Part shown: in pieces, positions 1 to 9,686 of the stretch
How positions within the stretch are numbered: position 1 is the stretch's first letter
How the letters are laid out: every line of letters begins with the position of its first letter
Source: Candidatus Latescibacterota bacterium
Lineage (GTDB): Bacteria > Latescibacterota > UBA2968 > UBA8231
NCBI GenBank assembly: GCA_965204725.1
Contig: OZ242005.1
Location: 2,112,001 to 2,176,000 of the forward strand
DNA: 64,000 bases
Reading direction: 5' to 3'
Position numbers and translations under genes: made by a program
Notes under the pieces: generated by a model
The model's database searches: none
Told to the model about the DNA's origin: nothing
The model's input: only the letters and a program-made list of their open reading frames with translations

Positions 1-74
1 GTTCTAAAGACAATCCGCTGCAAACGCAGCGAACACCCAACGGCCTCCTGCCATCTATCACAAGGAGAATGCAG

Positions 75-872
75 ATGAAAGCGCTCGCAGTTCGCACCCT
101 GTACTGGGCCTTTGCCGCAACTTGGCTGTACTGCCCCGGCAAGGCAATCGCCGAGACCAAAAGCCAATACGGCGGCTTTTCGCCCGATAGTCTTCAAGTC
201 TTCTACGACTACATTCACGGCCAAGAGCTGATGCCGGTCGAAGCGGGGCCTCCATTGCGGCAAGCCGTAGAGGCCGTGCCCATTGAGCTGGGTACGGCTA
301 TTGAGCTAGAGCAAGAAGCCGAACTACGCGACTGGCTCTACGACTTCTTGGTCGCCTTTTCAGCTTCGGGCAACGATAGTCTAGCTGCCACCTTCTATCT
401 ACGTGAAAGAGTTAAGAACCCAGACCTAAAGATAAAGCGTGGCATTCCAGAATTATTTGAAAAGGTCAAAGCCGAATACCAAAAAACACGCGCAGATCTA
501 GACTGCGACTACTTTTTTGCCAATGTATCTTTCTTGGATAGTGAGTTCAGGGTATTCGACATGCGGAAACAGTACGATAGCTATCAATCCTATGCCCAAA
601 CCCACGGTATGCTTCCCAAGGGTCACACCACTATAACGCTCCCATTGCGCCAAGAAATCGAAACGCGCCTAGCGGAAGGCGAGCAGATGGTCTTCGCCGA
701 CATCATGTTCATCGTCGAAGAGCCAGAGGAGTTCACCGCATTTGAGACGCCGGGACGCACCCCATCCTTTTTCCGGCTCGTGTGGGACCCAGAGCGGGCC
801 GTGTGGCGATACGTAGAAGCCTTTTTCAGTACTGGCGTACCACAAACACAAATGTTTCTGTTAGGCATGTGA
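75..872 (+). CDS. Family X secreted protein, copy 1 (uncharacterised)
   Basis: AGGAG RBS at 63-67, signal-peptide-like N-terminus, motifs QYGGFS, LRDWLYDFLVAFS, FIVEEPEEF and RLVWDPE shared with the other paralogs in the window. Confidence 0.85.
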   Translation: MKALAVRTLYWAFAATWLYCPGKAIAETKSQYGGFSPDSLQVFYDYIHGQELMPVEAGPPLRQAVEAVPIELGTAIELEQEAELRDWLYDFLVAFSASGNDSLAATFYLRERVKNPDLKIKRGIPELFEKVKAEYQKTRADLDCDYFFANVSFLDSEFRVFDMRKQYDSYQSYAQTHGMLPKGHTTITLPLRQEIETRLAEGEQMVFADIMFIVEEPEEFTAFETPGRTPSFFRLVWDPERAVWRYVEAFFSTGVPQTQMFLLGM

Positions 873-945
873 TAGCTCCTCCAGCTAAACATGTTCCGCA
901 AAAGCGGAGATAGAAGCCCTGCGCCGCCACCAACCGCCGCACAAG

Positions 946-1122
946 TGCGACATTTCGACGCATTTGTGCGATATATCCGCGCACTTTTGGGCCATCAAGC
1001 GGGTGCGGCAAAAGGCTCGATAAAATTATCATTACTTTCACAATCCATTATTTAACAGACACTTAGATCAGTTTTAACCGCCCGTTTACAGCCGCTATCC
1101 CACGGCAGGCACGATATTTGCA
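946..1122 (+). promoter_or_regulatory. sigma54 promoter cassette 1
   Basis: TGCG-N9-CGCA at 946-962 and 967-983, AT-rich spacer, AGGCACGATATTTGCA at 1107-1122 (GG-N10-GC). Confidence 0.75.
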
Positions 1123-1173
1123 TATAAGCTAGCAGAAGCGATACCCTGCACCCTTTGACGAAAGCAGCGCGCT

Positions 1174-3353
1174 ATGCTAGCACAACTCAACAAAAAGCTG
1201 TGGGATTGGTGGACCGTTTGGAACGCCTTTCTCGCCAAAACGGAGGTGAAGGCAACCCTCCAGCGCGACCAGCATCGCCTCCTCGTCTTCTTTCACGGCT
1301 ACAGTTTGGCCCACACCATTCGCCCGCTCGTGATAGCGCGTGTGCTGCGCGCGCGTTTTTGCTGGCCGATGTGCCTCAATTCCATCCGTCGGCCGGGCCG
1401 GTGCCGGCTTCCCATCACTACGTCGGGCCGCTCGTCGAAGACGAGCCGGTAGCCGACGAACCACCCGCAGCACTCGCGGACGCTGGCTGGAACACCGCGC
1501 TGCCCCTCATCTACTTCAATGCGGGCAGCACGGGCGTAGATGACCGCTTTCTGCCCGCCATCCTGCGGGCCTTGGCCCCGTTGCCCTACCGCCTGCTAAT
1601 CACGACGGCCGGCCGCTATGCGGTGGAAGCCCCCTCGGACAACGTGCGGATCGTCGAGTACGTGCCCGCCCGCTTGGCCATGCGCCAAGCCGCGCTCTTT
1701 ATCGGCATTGGCGGCATTGGCTCCATTTACCACGCGCTGGCCGAGGGCGTACCCATCATAGGCGCACCCGAACACCTCGACCAAGAGTACCACCTCAACC
1801 GAGTGCGCGACCTCGGCTTGGGCCTAAAAATGCCGCGCCAGTGCTTTGCCCAAGCGAGAGACATTATCCAGCAGGTGCGCTACCTATTCGACCACTACGA
1901 GGAATTCAGCACCGGCTGTGCCGCCTTTGCCAGCCATATATCCGCCTATAAAGGCGGGGACATCGCCGCGGATGTGATCGACGAGTTGCTCTATCACAAA
2001 GACCCGATTGAGCAGGACAACATGGTGTCAGAGGACGAATTCATCCGCCATCTCTATCCCCTGAACACCACCGCTTCGCTACCGACCCTCCGCGCCCTAC
2101 TCGCCGCGGCGCGCCAGCGAGGCATACCTCATGTGCGACAGGGACGCATGGTGTGGTACAACAAGCGCACCTCGTGGAACTGGCTCTACGACCACGAGCC
2201 GCGCTTCTTCGAGTTGGATTATCAAATGCGGGAAAGGATGCGGGCGTCGTTTCTCGCGCATCGCAACGACCAGCTAAAGGCACGCCAATCTAGCCAGCGC
2301 TACCGATTGACGTACACCTACAAGGCGCACATCGCCGCTTGCGAGGCCACTCCATCGGCACAGCTTTTCTTGCCCTATCCCCTGCGCTTGGCACAACAGC
2401 CCGTCGTCGAGTTACTCGACTGCAATCCAAGTGAGTTGCGCCCGTATCTGGCTCCCCACGCCGGCTTCTTCTACGCCTATCCCTGCTCTATTGAGCCAGC
2501 CGATGGGACGCTGGAATTCTCGTATTCCTGCGAGGTTGAGGTGCATAGCTTACCCATGGCCGGTTGCGTTCCCACGCCGCTAACGCCGAGCGAGCACCGC
2601 CATTACACCCAAGTAGAAGACTCCTTGCGCCGGTCGCGGCTGGTGCGGGACGTTCTCGCCGGTTTGCAGCTCGACGAACCGAACCTGAGCGATGTTGCGA
2701 AGGCGCGCCGCTTGTACGAGCACCTAGTGCGGAGCAAGCGCTTTCAGAAAACCAACGAAAAGTGCCAGTGCTTGGGATGTAGCACGGCCATGACGCTCCG
2801 CGACGACAGCGGCCACTGCATTACCCTGAGCCGCACCTATATGGCCCTGTGCCGTCTGTTGGGCATCCCAGCCCGCGAGGCAACCGGCGGCTTGGCGGTC
2901 GCGCCGCAAGGGCCGGACCGCTATGGCATTAGCACCTATGACCTGCCCATCTTCGGCCACACTTGGATAGAGCTATACACGAGCGAGACCGGCTGGTTGC
3001 CAGTGGAATTTCACGGCATCGCCTTGGGCCGCCATGCCATGACTGCGGATAACGTCGCCGATCCCTTGCTGCGCCAGCGCATTGAGGGGCACAGCGAGGC
3101 GTTTCTCGAGTACTACTTCGGCCACCTAGACTGCCACCGGATAATGTGCTCCAAGTCGGTCGTGGACATTCCGCAACTCATGGTGCCCAACCCCAACGCT
3201 GCGACTGAACCCCACTGGCCCCTGACCATACCCGAAGGACTACACTACGAATGCCATTTGACCCTTGCCTCCCTCTCCCATTCCTCCCCCCTCGGGGGGG
3301 AGTTGCCGCCCCCGGCGGCAGTGGGGGGCCTACCTCGGAGGAAAACCCCATGA
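1174..3353 (+). pseudogene. Glycosyltransferase (GT-B)-transglutaminase-like fusion with an internal deletion and frameshift
   Basis: The N-terminus (MLAQ...VFFHGYSLAHTIRP) is in one frame and the remainder (LLADVPQFHPS...GHCITL...GHTWIE) is in another. About 400 nt present in the paralog at 31415 are missing at a GCGCGCGC run near 1350. Confidence 0.75.
3284..3330. repeat. GC-rich double-hairpin element, copy 1
   Basis: CTCCCCCCTCGGGGGGGAG followed by GCCGCC..GGCGGC and TGGGGGGCC; near-identical copy at 16101-16146. Confidence 0.7.
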
Positions 3354-4405
3354 CCCCCGATATCTCCGTCGTCATTGCCACCCACAACCAGCGGGCGCGG
3401 CTGCGCTTGGTGTTGTGCGGCTTGGCTTGCCAGCATTTTCCCAAGGATCGTTTTGAGATCATCGTCGTTGACGATGGCTGTACCGATGGTACGGACGCCA
3501 TGCTGGCCGCTGAATATCCAGAAGTACACGTGGTGAAGATGCGGCCTAACGTGGGGCGCTGCCGGGCGCGCAACGCCGGCGTCGAACAGGCACAGGGCGC
3601 GTTGGTCGCCTTTCTCGACGGCGACGCCTTGCCGCATCCCAATTGGTTGGCGCGGCTCTGGGCGGAATGGGAGCGCGGAGGACGCCAGCGCTATGTGTGC
3701 GGCTTCCTGTATAGCCTGCCGCTCATCGAGTATCTGCCCGATCCGCAGCAGGCCGTCTTTGACTCCGAGCGCACCCCGAGCGTTGTGGCCGACTTTCTGC
3801 TAATCAATCAAGAGCAGGTGTTGATTACCCAAGACCAAATTCGCCACGATTTTGCCGGTATCCACGCCCGCGCTCAGGAAGGCGGCTATCCCTTTGACGA
3901 ACTCAAGACCATGCAGGATCAGGTCGCGGAACTGTACGCGGCGCATCCCGACTCGCCCGTGGGCTTTCTCGGCTTTTATCCGCACAACAGCGCGGTGCCG
4001 CGTCAAGCCTTCTGTGAGGTGGGTGGCTTTGCGGCGGACATTCCGTTTTCCGAGGGGTGGGATTTGGCCTATCGGTTGCAGCGCGCTGGCGTCGGCCCGG
4101 GCTTTGCCCGCCACGCCTTGACCTATCACTTGTACCACTATCACGAGTTTTCCGATCCGAGCAAACTCGCTGACGAGCAGCGCACCCGGGTGCAAGCCAT
4201 TGACTACATGGCGCGGGCAAACCGCGACCCCAAGCTGTGGTTGATCGAATTGTGGCGGGCGGGCATCTGGCCCGATCCGCTCATGCCTGACCAACTGGTC
4301 TTGCGCGACCTGTTGCACTTTCACGAGCGGTATGGCGAAGTGCAGCCCGACGAGATGACCGAGATAGAAGCCTTGCTGCGGCGGCATCCCGCCCAAGCGG
4401 CCTGA
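3350..4405 (+). CDS. Glycosyltransferase family 2 protein
   Basis: ISVVIATHN, IVVDDGCTDGT, ARNAG and FLDGD motifs; ATGA overlap with the upstream stop. Confidence 0.9.
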   Translation: MTPDISVVIATHNQRARLRLVLCGLACQHFPKDRFEIIVVDDGCTDGTDAMLAAEYPEVHVVKMRPNVGRCRARNAGVEQAQGALVAFLDGDALPHPNWLARLWAEWERGGRQRYVCGFLYSLPLIEYLPDPQQAVFDSERTPSVVADFLLINQEQVLITQDQIRHDFAGIHARAQEGGYPFDELKTMQDQVAELYAAHPDSPVGFLGFYPHNSAVPRQAFCEVGGFAADIPFSEGWDLAYRLQRAGVGPGFARHALTYHLYHYHEFSDPSKLADEQRTRVQAIDYMARANRDPKLWLIELWRAGIWPDPLMPDQLVLRDLLHFHERYGEVQPDEMTEIEALLRRHPAQAA

Positions 4406-4424
4406 GATCGGGGCGTTGTCTTAG

Positions 4425-4623
4425 TGCGATGATTTGACGCATTTGTGCGATGTATCCGCGCACTTTTAGGCCGTCAAAAGGGCTACACAAAGAGCGCAAG
4501 CGGCGAGTGAGAAAATTTTTATTATTATTATAAATCGTTTTTTAACAATTAGTTATGATAAATAAAACCAAACATATCAGCGCGATTATCACCTGCTGGT
4601 CACTCATTGGCACGATAATTGCG
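4425..4623 (+). promoter_or_regulatory. sigma54 promoter cassette 2
   Basis: TGCG-N9-CGCA at 4425-4441 and 4446-4462; TTGGCACGATAATTGCG at 4607-4623. Confidence 0.85.
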
Positions 4624-4684
4624 ATAATACTTACTGAAACAACAACCCGCCCTCGTCCACAGCAACAGAAAGGAGGGAACGCTT

Positions 4685-4783
4685 ATGAAGCACATCGTCT
4701 CAACTGGCTTGGGGCTTGCGGCCCTAGTAGCCAGTGCTTCACCTCGGAGATCGCCTCCGAGAGAACTTAACAAACCTAAGTAA
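4685..4783 (+). other. 32-codon upstream ORF or vestigial leader (MKHIVSTGLGLAALVASASPRR...)
   Basis: GGAGG RBS, leader-like start, homologous DNA at 11550-11648. Confidence 0.35.
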
Positions 4784-4794
4784 AGGAGTTCGTC

Positions 4795-4958
4795 ATGAAG
4801 ACGCGCATCATCCGGCTCGCCATTGGCCTCACGGCCTTGGTCGCCAGCTTCCTCCCGCAGAAGGCCGAGGCACTTTGCATCGCGGTCTGCTGGGGGGCGT
4901 CTGCTGGGGGGATATCTGCGGCTGCGTAAACGATAAGCCCATTTGCATTGACGGCTAA
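4795..4958 (+). CDS. Cys-rich secreted peptide precursor 1, frameshifted in a G6 run (restored core LCIAVCWGGVCWGDICGCVNDKPICIDG)
   Basis: AAGGAG RBS; leader MKTRIIRLAIGLTALVASFLPQKAEA matches the precursor at 11660 at 25 of 26 residues. As written it stops at 4929; one extra G restores a 6-Cys core ending at 4958. Confidence 0.75.
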
Positions 4959-5012
4959 TGCATTAATCCGGGATGGTGGCTTAATCGCCGCTACCCTGGA
5001 GCAACCCCCTAC

Positions 5013-5047
5013 CGGCGGCGAGTGGTTTAGCCAACCACTCGCCGCCG
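5013..5047 (+). terminator. Perfect 15-bp stem hairpin after precursor 1
   Basis: CGGCGGCGAGTGGTT-TAGCC-AACCACTCGCCGCCG; no U-tract on the + strand. Confidence 0.55.
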
Positions 5048-5081
5048 AAACAACGACAAACCCGATAATAAGGAGAATACC

Positions 5082-5912
5082 ATGAAACTCTTAGCCATTC
5101 GCACCCTGTCTTTCGCTCTAGTCGCCGCTTGGCTCGCTGTCGCCAGCGCAGCCGCGGCCGATCCGAAGCCCCAGTACGGCGGCTTTTCGCCCGATGCCGA
5201 GGGGCGCCAAGCCTATCTCGACTACATCCACAGCTTGGACATGATCGAGATCGAGGCCGGCCCCGAATTGCGGAGCACTGTTGAAGCTATCCCCGTTGAG
5301 GCGGGCGTCGCCCTCACCCCCGCGCAAGAAGCCGGACTGCGCGACTGGCTCTACGACTTCTTGGTCGCCTTCTCCGTCTCCGGCAATGACAGCCTCGCCG
5401 CTGCCTTTTACCTGCGCGAGGGCATCAATAACCCCGACAGGGTAGAGCAACTGAAAAAGATGCTTGCGAGCAAAGAGACCCTAAAAGGCGATACGCCCTT
5501 TGCAGCCTTCAAAGCCGCGCACAGAGAAAACCTCGACTTTAAGGGGCGCGATTATTTCCTCGGAAACGCGTCCTTTTTCGACAGTGTGTACCGAGTGTTT
5601 GAAAAGCAAGGAGGGTATGAAAGCTATATGGAATACGCCAAGACCCACGGCCTGCTTCCCACGGGCTTGATGGCGTGGCCCCCCAAGCTGATGAGCGAGG
5701 TTACGAAAGCACTGCAAGCGGGCGAGCAGCGGGTCTTGGCCGAGGTCCTGTTCATCGTCGAAGAGCCCGAGGAGTTCGCCGACTTTGAGGGGTCAATCCG
5801 CACCCCGTTTTTCGTGCGACAGCTCTGGGATCCGGAGCGGAGTATGTGGCGCTTGGTAGAAATTTTCACGTCAAATAACGCGCCGGTTATGTTCTCGTTC
5901 ACCGGCATGTAA
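5082..5912 (+). CDS. Family X secreted protein, copy 2
   Basis: RBS, signal peptide, family motifs. Confidence 0.9.
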   Translation: MKLLAIRTLSFALVAAWLAVASAAAADPKPQYGGFSPDAEGRQAYLDYIHSLDMIEIEAGPELRSTVEAIPVEAGVALTPAQEAGLRDWLYDFLVAFSVSGNDSLAAAFYLREGINNPDRVEQLKKMLASKETLKGDTPFAAFKAAHRENLDFKGRDYFLGNASFFDSVYRVFEKQGGYESYMEYAKTHGLLPTGLMAWPPKLMSEVTKALQAGEQRVLAEVLFIVEEPEEFADFEGSIRTPFFVRQLWDPERSMWRLVEIFTSNNAPVMFSFTGM

Positions 5913-5953
5913 CCCGGCCTTGCCACAAACCACTACTTACTGGAGGAAATACC

Positions 5954-6778
5954 ATGAAAAAGCGGACCATCCACGCCCTGTATTTCGCCCTACTCGCCAT
6001 CTGGTCCGGCCTCGCCAGCGTAGCTGCGACCAAGCCCCAGTACGGCGGCTTTTCGTCCGATGCCGAGGGGCGTCAAGCCTATCTCGACTACATCCACAGC
6101 TTGGAGATGATCGCGGTCGCGGCCGGTCCCGAATTGCGGAACGCGGTCGAAGCTATCCCCGTCGAGGCGGACGTCGCCCTCACCCCCGCGCAAGAAGCAG
6201 GGCTACACGACTGGCTCTACGACTTCTTGGTCGCCTTCTCCAGCTCGGGCAGCGACAGCCTTGCCGCGGCCTTTTACCTGCGCGAGGGCGTCAATAACCC
6301 CGATGGGGTAGAGGAACTAAAAAAGGAGCTTGAAGCCAAGGGGCTCCTAAAAGGCGATACGCCTTTGGCTATCTTCCAAGCTGGGCACAGAGAAATGCTC
6401 AACAGGAATGAGCGCGACTACTACTTGGAAAAGGTGTCCTTTTTCGACAGCGCGTTCAAGGTGTCCAAAATGCAGGCGGAATACAGTGCTTATGTCATAT
6501 CCCTTATGATCCACCGCATGGTGCCCAATATGAATCTATCGACTTCCACCTCCAAGCTGATGAGCGAGATTGCGGAAGCACTGCAAGCGGGCGAGCAGTG
6601 GGTCTTTGCCGAGGTCCTGTTCATCGTTGAAGATCCCGAGGAGTTCGCCGGGTTTGAGGGGCCGGGGCGCAGTGCGTTCTTCTTCCGGCTGGCTTGGGAC
6701 CGGGAGAAGGCTATGTGGCGCCATGTAGAAAGCGTTTACGGCCTCGGGACGCCGTATTTTCTGTTCAACTCCACATAA
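5954..6778 (+). CDS. Family X secreted protein, copy 3
   Basis: GGAGG RBS, signal peptide, family motifs. Confidence 0.9.
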   Translation: MKKRTIHALYFALLAIWSGLASVAATKPQYGGFSSDAEGRQAYLDYIHSLEMIAVAAGPELRNAVEAIPVEADVALTPAQEAGLHDWLYDFLVAFSSSGSDSLAAAFYLREGVNNPDGVEELKKELEAKGLLKGDTPLAIFQAGHREMLNRNERDYYLEKVSFFDSAFKVSKMQAEYSAYVISLMIHRMVPNMNLSTSTSKLMSEIAEALQAGEQWVFAEVLFIVEDPEEFAGFEGPGRSAFFFRLAWDREKAMWRHVESVYGLGTPYFLFNST

Positions 6779-6837
6779 TTGGGCCTTGCGACAAACCTGC
6801 GCCCGATGCTTCTAACTATCCACATAAGGAGGATACC

Positions 6838-7656
6838 ATGAAACCCTTATTCATTCGCGTTCTGTATTTCGTCCTAATCGCCGTCGCCAGCGCAGCTATA
6901 GCCGATCCCAAACCCCAGTACGGCGGCTTTTCGTCCCACCCCGATAGCCTCCAAGTCTTCTACGACTATATCCACGGTCAGGAGATGATGAAGGTTGAGG
7001 CTGGCCCCGAATTGCGGAGCACCGTTGAGGCCATCCCCGTCGACTTGGCCGCTCCCATCGATCTGGAGCAAGAAACCGGGCTACGCGACTGGCTCTACGA
7101 CTTTTTGGTCGCCTTTTCGGCCTCGGGCAGCGATAGCCTCGCCGCCGCCTTTTACCTCCGCGAAGGTGTCAATAACCCCGACATGATAGAGGTACTAAAA
7201 AAGTATCTCGATCGCAGAGATACTCTAACAGGTGATACGCCCTTTGCCATTCTTGCAGCCGGACATAGGAACATACTCGGCTCGGCGAAGCGCGACTACT
7301 TTTTTGAGAACGTGTCCTTTTTCGACAGCGTGTTCAAGGTGTTTGAGATGCAGGAGGAATACGATAGTTATGCGTTCTACCTCCAAACGCACGGCATGAT
7401 CCCCAGAGGCACCTTGAAGTTTCACCTCAAACTCCAAGACGAGGTGGAGGAAGCACTACAAGCGGGTGAGCCATTGGTTTTTGCCGACATCATGTTCATC
7501 GTCGAAGAGCCAGCAGGGGTCTCCGATTGGTCGTGGCAGGGGCGCACCCCGTCCTTCTTCAGACTAGTCTGGGATCCAGAGCGGGCTATGTGGCGCCATG
7601 TAGAGGTCTATTTCAGCCGTGGCGTCCCCCAGGACTTTCTGTTCAACGTCATGTAA
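6838..7656 (+). CDS. Family X secreted protein, copy 4
   Basis: Start moved to MKPLFIRV after AGGAGG; family motifs. Confidence 0.9.
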   Translation: MKPLFIRVLYFVLIAVASAAIADPKPQYGGFSSHPDSLQVFYDYIHGQEMMKVEAGPELRSTVEAIPVDLAAPIDLEQETGLRDWLYDFLVAFSASGSDSLAAAFYLREGVNNPDMIEVLKKYLDRRDTLTGDTPFAILAAGHRNILGSAKRDYFFENVSFFDSVFKVFEMQEEYDSYAFYLQTHGMIPRGTLKFHLKLQDEVEEALQAGEPLVFADIMFIVEEPAGVSDWSWQGRTPSFFRLVWDPERAMWRHVEVYFSRGVPQDFLFNVM

Positions 7657-7687
7657 CCCACCCTTTACCACTCGCAGGAGAAAAATC

Positions 7688-8629
7688 ATGAACAAGCTAA
7701 CGCTAAAAGCAGCGGCCGTAGCCGCCGTGCTCTACACGGGCTGGACTCATGCCGACGAACTGCCGCAGACCGCCGAGTACGGCACCACCTACGACAGCGA
7801 GGGCACGGCTGGCGAGGTGCGCTTTGTCGCGCCCTACGACATGGAGATCGTCTCAGTCGAACCCGGCTGTGGCTGCACCGGCGTCGAGTACCCGCAAGGG
7901 CTGTTGAAGGCCGGCGAATCCTACGCCATTTCCTACCAGATCGACACTCAGGGGCGCTCCGGGGTCTTTGCCTCCAGCATTGACTTTAGTGTAGCAGACC
8001 GCGCCGACAAATGGCAGTTGCGATTGGAAGGCCAAGTCGTGCCCATGCTGCCCAGCAAATTGCACCTAGGGACAATACAAGGCGACGACTTGGCCTCCAT
8101 GCGCCGACGCATTCCCCTCGTGCAGATCGACGGACAACCGCGACACCTTCGCCAAGTCCAAGTCGTGGGAAAAGGCATAGAGGCATCGGTGATAGAAGGC
8201 GGCACCGCCCTAGCGATCACCCCGGCAGCGGACCTGACGTGGGGCAATCGGATCATCGCCACCCTTGAAGCGACGATTGCCGGTGAGGACGAAGAGTATT
8301 CTCGTTCCATCCAAGTGCGCGGACAGGTCAGCCCCCGCTTTAGCCTAGAGCCACAAAGCGCGTCCTTCGGCGTAGGTGCAGCGCAACGGCGCGAGACGCT
8401 CCAAGTGCGCGTAGGCTTGCCAGCCGAGTTCGCCGACGCGCCCATACAGGCGTCGCCTGTGTGCGACGAGGTGCAATTCGACATCGCATACCAACGGGAA
8501 GCCGACCACAGCGTAGTCGTCCAGATCCGCAACGCGAGCGACTTCCCCGCTGGTACGCTTCACTGTGGGGTCGCGGTGCAAATCGGCGCAGAGCAGGTGC
8601 TGATACCCGTGCTAGCCTTAACGCGATAA
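7688..8629 (+). CDS. DUF1573-like secreted Ig-fold protein
   Basis: Signal peptide, IVSVEPGCGCT motif; paralog at 30464. Confidence 0.8.
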   Translation: MNKLTLKAAAVAAVLYTGWTHADELPQTAEYGTTYDSEGTAGEVRFVAPYDMEIVSVEPGCGCTGVEYPQGLLKAGESYAISYQIDTQGRSGVFASSIDFSVADRADKWQLRLEGQVVPMLPSKLHLGTIQGDDLASMRRRIPLVQIDGQPRHLRQVQVVGKGIEASVIEGGTALAITPAADLTWGNRIIATLEATIAGEDEEYSRSIQVRGQVSPRFSLEPQSASFGVGAAQRRETLQVRVGLPAEFADAPIQASPVCDEVQFDIAYQREADHSVVVQIRNASDFPAGTLHCGVAVQIGAEQVLIPVLALTR

Positions 8630-8639
8630 GGAGGCGACC

Positions 8640-9644
8640 ATGAAACCGCCCAAAACAACCAAGGCGTGGTCCCATCTCAAACGGGGCCATGCCTGCCGCA
8701 AAAAGGGGCAGCGCGAGCAAGCGGCCACTCATTACCAAACAGCGCGGCGGCTCTTTCGCGCCGGAAAGTGCCAAAAGGGGCTTTTTGAGGCTTGCACCCA
8801 ACTCGGCCACCACTGCGAGATCGCCAGCGACCTCGACCCATCGCTGCAATACTTCCAAGAGGCATTGGCCGCCTGCTCACCGAGCCGATCTCTGAGCGAC
8901 ACAGCCGAGGCCGAAGGCAACGTCGGCTTCATCAAACAAAGCCAAGCCCGCTTTGCCGAAGCTGCAACGCACTACCGCAAGGCCATGCAGTACGCCCAAC
9001 AAGGCGGCGATGCCGCCCTCGCGGCCAAGATGGCCAACAACATGGGCAACCTCTACATGCAGCAGAACGACTTGGAGGAGGCTCAACAGTGGCTCCAGCG
9101 CAGCCTCGCCCTCTATGACAACGATGTGCCGGGCAACCTGCTCAACGGCTTGGGGCAACTGGCCCTGCGCCGCGGCGACCCCGAACAGGCCCTGCACCAT
9201 TTTACGGCTGGACTCGCGACAGCCCGGCAGCAAGGGACGCCCCTTGAAGTGGCCCTGCAACTTGGTTCTATCGCCTCGGTCTGCCGCGACTTAGGCCATA
9301 TAGACCGCGCCTTGAGCAGTGGCAACGAAGCCCTGAGCATCTACGTGGCGCAAGGGCATGCCCACGGTCGCTGTAGCATGGCGTCGCTGCTGGCCGATCT
9401 CTACATGACCGCCAGCGACCTAGCGATGGCACAACGACATCTACAGGTTTCTATGGACCTGTGCCATCAGTTAGGGGACGCGCGGGTGCAGGCTTTTAAT
9501 CACGTGTCCTTGGGCAATCTGTACGCGCAACAGGACAGCGACAAGCGGCGGGCGTTGGCCGAATGGATAGCGGCATTGCGCCTGTTTAAGCAACTTGGTA
9601 TGGAAAGGCAGAGCCAAGCGGTCATTAGGGCCATGGCCGCGTAG
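8640..9644 (+). CDS. Tetratricopeptide repeat protein
   Basis: Repeated NLG/NMG..Y...A...Y..AL helical TPR pattern; no signal peptide. Confidence 0.85.
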   Translation: MKPPKTTKAWSHLKRGHACRKKGQREQAATHYQTARRLFRAGKCQKGLFEACTQLGHHCEIASDLDPSLQYFQEALAACSPSRSLSDTAEAEGNVGFIKQSQARFAEAATHYRKAMQYAQQGGDAALAAKMANNMGNLYMQQNDLEEAQQWLQRSLALYDNDVPGNLLNGLGQLALRRGDPEQALHHFTAGLATARQQGTPLEVALQLGSIASVCRDLGHIDRALSSGNEALSIYVAQGHAHGRCSMASLLADLYMTASDLAMAQRHLQVSMDLCHQLGDARVQAFNHVSLGNLYAQQDSDKRRALAEWIAALRLFKQLGMERQSQAVIRAMAA

Positions 9645-9686
9645 CCAAGGCAATAATCCACTCCTCGAACCCACAGGAGCCGCGCC

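Noticed and set aside
4555-4958. Track ORFs 4555-4770 and 4734-4958 as genes
   Set aside because: The first spans the promoter; the second is the shifted frame of precursor 1.
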